DNA of 64,000 nucleotides from assembly GCA_002269645.1 (NCBI GenBank), contig NIVC01001847.1, positions 62,001 through 126,000 on the forward strand, read 5' to 3'. The notes below the pieces were generated by a model that was given only the letters and a program-made list of their open reading frames with translations, was not told the DNA's origin and searched no databases. The position numbers were made by a program, and so were the translations under genes. The stretch is from Macrostomum lignano (Eukaryota). Below, in pieces: positions 53,566 to 64,000 of this stretch; positions within the stretch are counted from its first letter, which is position 1, and the number at the start of each line of letters is the position of its first letter.

Positions 53566-56500
53566 TTTCTGTCTCGTTAGATGGCCTCTTTTACTTTCTA
53601 GCGTCTTCGATAGAAAAATTCAGATACATAGCACTGTATTGAAAGTAGTGTGGCTTGTTTATTGTTAGTTTAGGGTCAGCCCTCATAGGTACGAATCTTT
53701 CTCTAAAAAAATTAGAAGTCCATTTTGCAAATCGGATGGTTATGCACACTTGAGCACTGACACAATTAGTGAGCACTGACACAATTAGTGAGCACTGACA
53801 CAATTAGTGAGCACTGATACCATTAGTGAGCACTGACACAATTAGTGAGCACTGACACAATTAGTGAGCACTGACACAATTAGTGAGCACTGACACAATT
53901 AGTGAGCACTGACACAATTAGTGAGCACTGACACAAGTGAGCATGTGAAACTTTTTGTATTCATGTCCCAAAGCAACTCAAATCAATCTTCAACGAAATA
54001 ATGCCAATAATTTTTCAATATTGTCACATTTTTAAGCTTTGCATATCTGACTACTGACTATTCAAACGCATCAGTAGTATCCATACAAGCTTTGAGTCGA
54101 TATAAAGAACCCGGAGCCAAGCATTCAACCATTGGGCCAATATAGCGCAGTCACAATGGCTGTGGCAGTTCTCATTGGTTGGTGGTAATAAAAACTCCAC
54201 TGCAGAATGGCGGGTTGCATAAAGCATGCTCCTTGGGCTCCGGACCAGCAACGGGCCAGTAGGGTCGTAGCTGCTCTCTCCTTGCTTTGGACACCACCTG
54301 CTGTTGCAGAAGACAGAAGATAGGAAAAAGACCGTCTGAGTCTAAAACATAATCTGCCGACTTCTACGATTCATGTGAGTCGACTGTTCTGGGTTCTTGG
54401 TTTTGTAGAACTTCACTCATGAACTCCATCATAAACTCACTGAAGAACTCACTCATAAACTCGCTCCTGAATTCACTCATGAACTCGCTCAACAACTCAC
54501 TCATGAACTCGCTCACCAACTCACTCATGAACTCGCTCATGAATTCACTCATGAACTCGCTCACCAACTCACTCATGAACTCGCTCACCAACTCACTCAT
54601 GAACTCGCTCACCAACTCACTCATGAACTCGCTCACCAACTCACTCATGAACTCGCTCACCAACTCACTCATGAACTCGCTCACCAACTCACTCATGAAC
54701 TCGCTCACCAACTCACTCATGAACTCGCTCACCAACTCACTCATGAACTCGCTCACCAACTCACTCATGAACTCGCTCACCAACTCACTCATGAACTCGC
54801 TCACCAACTCACTCATGAACTCGCTCATGAATTCACTCATGAACTCGCTCACCAACTCACTCATGAACTCGCTCACCAACTCACTCATGAACTCGCTCAC
54901 CAACTCACTCATGAACTCTCTCACCAACTCACTCATGAACTCGCTCATGAATTCACTCATGAACTCGCTCACCAACTCACTCATGAACTCGCTCACCAAC
55001 TCACTCATGAACTCTCTCACCAACTCACTCATGAACTCGCTCACCAACTCACTCATGAACTCGCTCACCAACTCACTCATGAACTCGCTCACCAACTCAC
55101 TCATGAACTCGCTCACCAACTCACTCATGAACTCGCTCAACAACTCACTCATGAACTCGCTCATGAACTCACTCATGAACTCACTCATAACCTCACTTAT
55201 GAACGCATTCACGAATCAATATTATCAACATTATGAAGGTTGATATCTCTTGAAATTTGATAATCCTGTCATCTGGGCAGTGGGGCTTCCATTTAGCCGC
55301 TACGGAAATACGGAATCAGTTGTGTTTTTCATCACTGTCAATCAGCGATAGAAAGTATTCGATGCGCCCAGGCAAACAGGCATCTGATAGAAATCAACTG
55401 CCTCTTTGATGTTGCGTCATTTGATCTGAGGAAGCTAAGTTGAGAATTTCGCCTCTGCAATATTTACTTATGATGTACGCAGGCTTGAAATGAACGTTCC
55501 GAATCCCTCAAAACACCACCCAATCCTTCAGGACACTACCCTACCCTTCAAGACACTACCCGATTCCCTCAGGACATACCCGATTCCCTCAGGACATACC
55601 CGATCCTTCAGGACACTACCCGATCCTTCAGGACATACCCGATTCCCCCAGGACATACCCGATTCCCTCAGGACATACCCGATTCCCTCAGGACATACCC
55701 GATTCCCTCAGGACATACCCGATTCCCTCAGGACATACCCGATTCTCTCAGGACATACCCGATTCCCTCAGGACGTACCCGATTCCCTCAGGACATACCC
55801 GATTCCCTCAGGACATACCCGATTCCCTCAGGACGTACCCGATTCCCTCAGGACATACCCGATTCCCTCAGGACATACCCGATTCCCTCAGGACATACCG
55901 GATTTCCTCAGGACATACCCGATTCCCTCAGGACATACCCGATTCCCTCAGGACATACCCGATTCCCTCAGGACATACCCGATTCCCTCAGGACATACCC
56001 GATTCCCTCAGGACATACCCGATTCCCCCAGGACATACCCGATTCCCTCAGGACATACCCGATTCCCTCAGGACGTACCCGATTCCCTCAGGACATACCC
56101 GATTCCCTCAGGACATACCCGATTCCCTCAGGACGTACCCGATTCCCTCAGGACATACCCGATTCCCTCAGGACATACCCGATTCCCTCAGGACATACCG
56201 GATTCCCTCAGGACATACCCGATTCCCTCAGGACATACCCGATTCCCTCAGGACATACCCGATTCCCTCAGGACGTACCCGATTCCCTCAGGACATACCC
56301 GATTCCCTCAGGACATACCCGATTCCCTCAGGACATACCGGATTTCCTCAGGACATACCCGATTCCCTCAGGACATACCCGATTCCCTCAGGACATACCC
56401 GATTCCCTCAGGACATACCCGATTCCCTCAGGACGTACCCGATTCCCTCAGGACATACCCGATTCCCTCAGGACATACCCGATTCCCTCAGGACATACCC

Positions 56501-58125
56501 GATTCCCTCAGGACATACTCGATTCCCTCAGGACATACCCGATTCCCTCAGGACATACCCGATTCCCTCAGGACATACTCGATTCCCTCAGGACATACTC
56601 GATTCCCTCAGGACATACCCGATTCCCTCAGGACATACTCGATTCCCTCAGGACATACCCGATTCCCTCAGGACATACCCGATTCCCTCAGGACATACTC
56701 GATTCCCTCAGGACATACTCGATTCCCTCAGGACATACCCGATTCTCTCAGGACATACATGATCCTTTGGGACCTCCCAAAATCCTTCAGGCTACCCTCA
56801 AATTTCTTTCAGGCTAGCAATATGTCCCCAGTTCCAGACCCCACTCCAGAATAAAACAGTTGAAATATTCCTATTTCAGCAATTGCACTAAAGGGGTCTT
56901 CTAGAATATTATTATTACTAAGCTTAACAATCAGCTGCTCACACAGTGCTCACAAAGAGGTGTGAATTTTATTGCGGAAAACTGAAGCAACAAACATAGC
57001 TAAGCGTAAATAGAAAAGAAAATAGATTCACCACCTGTTGCAGCCTGTTGCAGAAGAAGAGTCTTTTTGCAATTGCAGTGACATTGCTTCATCAACTCAT
57101 GGGGCCCTGGTTCCATTAGGCTTGGTCACGAGAATTAACAAACCCCACGAGGTCCAGTCCCCATGGCACAGAGACTGTACATGCCTGACGATTTGCCAAT
57201 TTGCAGTTGTGTCTGAAGCTGGGGAGTTGCTCCGCCAGTCTGTGTCGCCATGGGCCTCCTTGCGCCCGATTGCCAACCCCTCCCTGGATAATTTACGATC
57301 GCGGAAGGCACAAATTCAAGATGACCCGCGCCCTGCCCGCAAGGAGTCGTGTGTGCGTGTGTTCGTGCGTGTGTGCGTGTGTGTGTGTGTGTCTGTGTGT
57401 GTGCTTCTTTTTCTTCCGCCTAAGGGAAAACAGGCCCATGCCACGGCCATTGTGATGCATATCTGGTGCCGGTCAGTCCAACCCTTTAATATTTCGGAAT
57501 ATCTGTTTGAACCCAGCATTCTGATACATTGGAATATATTTGCATTGACAATTTGCATAGCAACCTCACTGCCCGCCACTCCATTACTGAATTGGGATGG
57601 AGGTTAGCCAGAAAAATCCCTGGACAAAGTCGTGTTAATAGATTTTTGGCTTCGTTTCCTGGCCTTGTGTATGAGGCAATCCCCCCCCCCCCCTGTTCCA
57701 ACAACAGCTGTTGTCGATTCATTTCGGCTTTCGCTGCGGTCCCCTGCGTACCCAGTCGTATTGTTGTGTAATGTGTTCGAAATATCCTTCTCCACTCCAT
57801 TCATATTGATTTCGAGTGTGCAGAAATATGATTAACTTTCTTGGCAACTTTCCAATAGACAAAAGTAAGACATCTCAAAAATGGGTTGTCAGTTGAAATA
57901 GCACATTCTACAGTCAAAGCATGGTGTCTTTTAAAGTCGAAATGGCACATTTTACAGTCGAAGCGGCACATTTTACAGTCAAAAAGATGTATTTTACAGT
58001 CGAAGCGGCACATTTTACAGTCAAAAAGATGTATTTTACAATCGAAGCGGCACATTTTACAGTCTAAATGGCACATTTTACAATCGAAGTGGCACATTTT
58101 ACAATCAAAGAGATGTATTTTACAT
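53563..58125. repeat. Tandem segmental duplication, copy 2 (20-bp array shorter by 220 bp, or 11 units)
   Basis: The offset is 4714 before the 20-bp array and 4494 after it (ORF 52544 vs 57038). Confidence 0.95.
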
Positions 58126-58679
58126 CCATGAATGGCACCCATGACAGTGAGATAACGAATCAAAAGTGACGCTACCAGTTCCGACGCAATTTTACGATAA
58201 CTGTGCACTCATTTTTGCACTCAAAGCAATTTATACTCTTCACTCCAAACAGATGAATGCACAAAAGTTCGCGCACAAAAAAAGCAAAGCTATCCAGCCA
58301 TGAAGGAAAGAGTGAAAGTGCGTGGCTGTGTTTTTAGCCCCTGGCTACTTAATTGCTACAGTTGACGCGGCCACTCGGTTCCGCATGCAAGCAAACGAAA
58401 AAAGCACACACTACTGCAGCCCGAAACACGAACGAGTCCTCCAAACGGGAAAGGTTTGAATAGGGGGTCCCGGATTGAATAGGAAAGATCATTAAGCTGC
58501 TCCCGAGATCAACCAAAGGCCTTTTTTACTGTATCTACCTGGACAAGGGACAGGCTGGCCAATTTAACAGACAATAGACCAGCCACATTCATTACATTTA
58601 GAAAGATTCACTGAATTTGAATTACCTCTTGGTAAAAAACAAAAAATTTAAAGTACAAGTCAAGTTGATGATAGCTAAG

Positions 58680-59482
58680 GCACTGCCACAGAACTGCACT
58701 CGGGCCATAGACAATAAAGCCACTGCCACAGAACTGCACTCAGGCCATAGACAATAAAGCCACTGCCACAGAACTGCACTCGGGCCATAGACAATAAAGC
58801 CACTGCAACAGAACTGCACTCGGGCCATAGACAATAAAGCCACTGCCACAGAACTGCACTCAGGCCATAGACAATAAAGCCACTGCCACAGAACTGCACT
58901 CGGGCCATAGACAATAAAGCCACTGCCACAGAACTGCACTCAGGCCATAGACTATAAAGCCACTGCCACAGAACTGCACTCGGGCCATAGACAATAAAGC
59001 CACTGCCACAGAACTGCACTCGGGCCATAGACTATAAAGCCACTGCAACAGAACTGCACTCGGGCCATAGACAATAAAGCCACTGCCACAGAACTGCACT
59101 CAGGCCATAGACAATAAAGCCACTGCCACAGAACTGCACTCGGGCCATAGACAATAAAGCCACTGCCACAGAACTGCACTCAGGCCATAGACTATAAAGC
59201 CACTGCCACAGAACTGCACTCAGGCCATAGACAATAAAGCCACTGCCACAGAACTGCACTCGGGCCATAGACAATAAAGCCACTGCCACAGAACTGCACT
59301 CAGGCCATAGACTATAAAGCCAATGCCACAGAACTGCACTCGGGCCATAGACAATAAAGCCACTGCCACAGAACTGCACTCAGGCCATAGACTATAAAGC
59401 CACTGCCACAGAACTGCACTCGGGCCATAGACAATAAAGCCACTGCCACAGAACTGCACTCGGGCCATAGACAATAAAGCCA
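58680..59482. repeat. 40-bp minisatellite, about 20 copies
   Basis: Unit CCACTGCCACAGAACTGCACTCGGGCCATAGACAATAAAG. Confidence 0.95.
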
Positions 59483-60539
59483 ACGAAGGTTCGGTGATCA
59501 GAATTACTTGCTTAGAAATTCTCTACTTATTCGTCTTTTAACAGAAGACGCTTTAAACATAATTCTGGTAGATTTCACCGCATCACAACCTCTGACCTTT
59601 GACCTTTAAGACCAGAAGCACCAGTTCTCCTTCTAGAGTGGTTGCTCCTTGATTGCGTTTGCTGTGTTCGAACCTTTTTTTGAAGAAAACACCTTTACAA
59701 TGGCTATAGTTAGGAAGGGACACGTTTATTGAAGGCAAGCAGGTGGCGTGCAGTGTTCCCCTTTTTATTATTTTATAACCCAGCTCCTCTCGTACACCAG
59801 CAGAACTTAGTCATGGACGTACGCAAATCAAGGCGATCTAGATCTGGAGCCTGGAGTAGCAACACCTCAATGGTGGTTTCCAGGGAGACATTAATATTAG
59901 CCAGTTCAGCCTAGAGGGCGTAAAAGCGTCGTGATCCTCGTGGAGTCAGCGAAATGGGCAGAATTGCCTCAAAACTGGGTTTAACTCCAAGTTCCAAACT
60001 CTCCAAGTTTTGGATCCTGATCTCCTTTAGTTGAAGTCGCTGGTCAGATGGAACACCCGGCATCACAGACTGAATGTTGAAGTGCTTTTTTCTTGTTCCA
60101 ATGCTCTTCATCTTCGCATTCTTCCGTCCAAAAATCCTTAATACCGTTAAAAATTCCCCTTAAATCCACTCTGCTTCCCATAATCTTGGAAAATGGATTC
60201 ATCCAGGATGAATTTACCTCTGATGACCCTTGATGTCATCATCACTATGGGAAGCGAATATGATAAAAAACTTAAGAAGCATATATTATTCTACAATTCA
60301 AACAAAAGAGGCTGGATGTCAATCACCATCACCGCTTTGAGCTCATGTGACAGCGGCAAATGATAGCTTGAAGGATAAAAAATGATTCGTAAAAAACATC
60401 GCAGCAGGGCCTTTTATTCCCTATTTTTACACGTATGCATTCTTGACCTTGCCTTCCTGTTTTCCCCTCTTTTAGTCATCTGCATCTGCCCTATTTTCCT
60501 CTTGCTTTTTCCTTCTTCCCTTTCATCTCCTTTGTCGTC

Positions 60540-61405
60540 CACCCCTCTCCTCTCTCCCCTCTCCTCTCTCCTCTCTCCTCTCTCCCCTCTCCTCTTTCCC
60601 CTCTCCTCTCTCCCTCTCCTCTCTCCCCTCTCCTCTCTCCCCTCCTCTCTCCCCTCTCCTCTCTCCCCTCTCCTCTCTCCCTCTCCTCTCTCCCCTCTCC
60701 TCTTTCCCCTCTCCTCTCTCCCCTCTCCTCTCTCCCCTCTCCTCTCTCTCCCCTCCTCTCTCCCCTCTCCTCTCTCCCCTCTCCTCTCTCCCCTCTCCTC
60801 TCTCCCCTCTCGCCTCTCCCCTCTCCTCTTTCCCCTCTCCTCTCTCTCCCCTCTCCTCTCTCCCCTCTCCTCTCTCCCCTCTCCTCTCTCCCCTCTCCTC
60901 CCTCCCCTCTCGCCTCTCCCCTCTCCTCTCTCCCCTCTCCTCTCTCTCCCCTCTCCTCTTTCCCCTCTCCTCTCTCTCCCCTCTCCTCTCTCCCCTCTCC
61001 TCTCTCTCCCCTCTCCTCTCTCCCCTCTCTTCTCCTCTCTCCTTTCTCCCCTCTCCTCTCTCCCCTCTCCTCTCTCCCCTCTCGCCTCTCCCCTCTCCTC
61101 TCTCGCCTCTCCTCTCTCCTCTCTCCTCTTTCTTGTCTCCTCTCTCCCCTCTCTTCTCCTCTCTCCTCTCTCCTCTCTCCTCTCTCCTCTCTCTTCTCTC
61201 CCCTCTCCTCTCTCCCCTCTCTTCTCCTCTCCCCTCTCATCTCCTCTCTCCTCTCTCCTCTCTCCTCTCTCTCCTCTCTCTCCTCTCTCTTCTCTCCCCT
61301 CTCCTCTCTCCCCTCTCTTCTCCTCTCCCCTCTCATCTCCCTCTCCCCTCTCATCTCCCTCTCCTCTACCCTCTCTCCTCTCCTTTCGACTCTCTCTCCT
61401 TTTCT
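60540..61405. repeat. CT-rich polypyrimidine tract
   Basis: CTCTCCCCTCTC mosaic. Confidence 0.95.
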
Positions 61406-61522
61406 CTGTTCTCGTCCCCCATTTGATGCCACTCAAAAACATTCTCCCGCAAAGCTTTCAAAGGTGCCACCTATTACTCTGATGATTAATTGCAGACCAG
61501 ACCAGACACACCGGTGGCTCAA

Positions 61523-62064
61523 ATGAGTCACCATTCGAGAACAATTTGCCTGCTGCTTGTTCTCCTAGTAGCAGAGACTCTCGCCGATTCGCCACCCTCG
61601 CGGTTGGACTGCGAGGTGCTGGACGACGCGCTGGCGGGCACCGCTCTGCGCCGACGAGATGGCCGCGGCGAATGCCGACTCTCTGATCTGTCGGCCTCCG
61701 CTGCCACCTTCAAAGTGCTCGGCGGCGGAGGCAGCGGTGGCGGTCTTTCCGGCGAATACTTCGACATCCGCCGGCGCGACACCGTGTTGACTCTGCGTCG
61801 CGAAATCGACCGCGAGCAGCTGTGCTCAGTCGGAGACTCCGACGTCAACTGCGCCGTTATTGAATTGCGCGTCGCAATTGTCGACGACAAAGGTGGCAGC
61901 GACATCGCCCGGGTGAGAGTGGAAGTGATCGACAGGAACGACCACCCGCCCAAGTTCTCCATCCCAATGTTCACGCTGAAGGTGGCCGAGAATAGCAAGA
62001 TTGGAGCCACCTTCCCGCTGCCCGCTGCAGCGGACCCGGACTCGACTGCGAATGGCCTGCTCAG
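61523..62064 (+). CDS. Protocadherin, first coding exon (signal peptide, EC1, start of EC2); the gene continues beyond the window
   Basis: Signal-like MSHHSRTICLLLVLLVAETLA; EC1 with EIDREQLC...C (the protocadherin EC1 Cys pair); VEVIDRNDHPPKF (DxNDxxP); EC2 AENS...AADPDS. Donor AG|GTCAGT at 62064/62065. Confidence 0.85.
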
Positions 62065-62089
62065 GTCAGTGGCTGCTGCTCCACTCTGC

Positions 62090-63205
62090 TTGCCTCTCAG
62101 TTGTCTCTCCCCTGTCTCCGTTGTCTGTTTTGTCTCTTCTTTGCCTCTCTCTTGTCTCTCCCTTGCCTCTCTCTTGTCTCTCTCTTGCCTCTCCCTTGTC
62201 TCTCTCTTGTCTCTCTCTTGTCTCTCTCTTGTCTCTCTCTTGTCTCTCCCTTGCCTCTCTCTTGTCTCTCTCTTGTCTCTCCCTTGCCTCTCTCTTGTCT
62301 CTCCCTTGCCTCTCTCTTGTCTCTCTCTTGTCTCTCCCTTGCCTCTCTCTTGTCTCTCCCTTGCCTCTCTCTTGTCTCTCCCTTGCCTCTCTCTTGTCTC
62401 TCCCTTGTCTCTCTTGTCTCTCCCTTGCCTCTCTCTTGTCTCTCCCTTGTCTCTCCCTTGCCTCTCTCTTGTCTCTCTCTTGTCTCTCTCTTGTCTCTCT
62501 CTGTTGTCTCTCTCTTGTCTCTTTCTTGTCTCTCTCTTGTCTCTCTCTTGTCTCTCTCTCTTGTCTCTCTCTTGTCTCTCTCTCTTGTCTCTCTCTTGTC
62601 TCTCTCTTGTCTCTCTCTCTTGTCTCTCTCTTGTCTCTTTCTTGTCTCTCTCTCTTGTCTCTCTCTTGTCTCTCTCTCTTGTCTCTCTCTTGTCTCTCTC
62701 TCTTGTCTCTCTCTTGTCTCTCTCTTGTCTCTCTCTCTTGTCTCTCTCTTGTCTCTTTCTTGTCTCTCTCTTGTCTCTCTCTCTTGTCTCTCTCTTGTCT
62801 CTCTCTCTTGTCTCTCTCTTGTCTCTCTCTTGTCTCTCTCTCTTGTCTCTTTCTTGTCTCTCTCTTGTCTCTCTCTTGTCTCTCTCTCTTGTCTCTCTCT
62901 TGTCTCTCTCTTGTCTCTCTCTCTTGTCTCTTTCTTGTCTCTCTCTTGTCTCTCTCTTGTCTCTCTCTCTTGTCTCTCTCTTGTCTCTCTCTCTCTTGTC
63001 TCTCTCTTGTCTCTTTCTTGTCTCTCTCTCTTGTCTCTCCCTTGCCTCTCTCTTGTCTCTCCCTTGCCTCTCTCTTGTCTCTCCCTTGCCTCTCTCTTGT
63101 CTCTCTCTTGTCTCTTTCTTGTCTCTCTCTTGCCTCTCTCTTGTCTCTCCCTTGCCTCTCCTCTCTGTCCCTTGTCTCTTTCATGTCTCTTGCTCTTGTC
63201 TCTCT
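62090..63205. repeat. CTCTCTTGT-type pyrimidine-rich repeat (protocadherin intron)
   Basis: Seen directly in the sequence. Confidence 0.95.
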
Positions 63206-63604
63206 CAACGCATTTTTCCTCAAAATGTCTTTTCTATCCCTGTCAACAAGTTTCTCTTATCCTGTCAGCGAGACGCGGGCTAATGCAGTGAATTATTAAA
63301 TGAAGAGGCACAGCAACAGGGCAGGCAGAGGTCTCGCATCCTTTTTTCAACAGATTCAGCTACACATCAAAGCGTCGGGGAACCATTATTTTACTTTAAA
63401 GCGTGCTCACTCATGCTCCAGAGGCGGAAGCCTTTCATACTCGAGCGCATTCTCACAGTTCGCTTCAAATCAAGCTTTTAATTAATTTTACTCTCCGGTT
63501 AAATGCCTTCCTGCGAGCTCTCTGGGGGTCGGCGCAGTGCTGACACTCACTGTTCGGACTTTTTGGCCACCTTTACTGTCCTTGCTATCCTTCTGTCTTG
63601 GGAC

Positions 63605-64000
<396 letters not shown>

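Overview
Eukaryotic (animal) genomic DNA with GT-AG introns and the standard genetic code. Roughly 45-50% of the window (my rough sum) is micro- and minisatellite arrays with about 40 different units, so most long ORFs in the six-frame track are repeat artefacts. The intronic minisatellite density and gene set suggest a free-living flatworm such as Macrostomum (inference, not verified). I built the genes by hand from splice signals and phase continuity: a C2H2 zinc-finger gene whose array carries a duplicated TAA; a 5-exon orphan gene of about 1194 aa; an ACBD5/ACBD4-like acyl-CoA-binding protein; a non-alpha nicotinic acetylcholine receptor subunit with two alternative N-termini; a Nedx/lms-like homeobox gene; a GRASP/CYTIP-like PDZ scaffold; and the first exon of a protocadherin. 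The window also holds a decayed Ty3/Gypsy gag-protease, an 880-bp hAT-like MITE with an internal minisatellite, and a 4.7-kb tandem duplication with an abrupt change in divergence. The main findings are the nAChR dual N-terminus, the presence of a distinct minisatellite in every long intron, and exact core motifs shared between distant arrays. No CRISPR, rRNA or tRNA was recognised. Array boundaries are approximate (about +/-10 bp).
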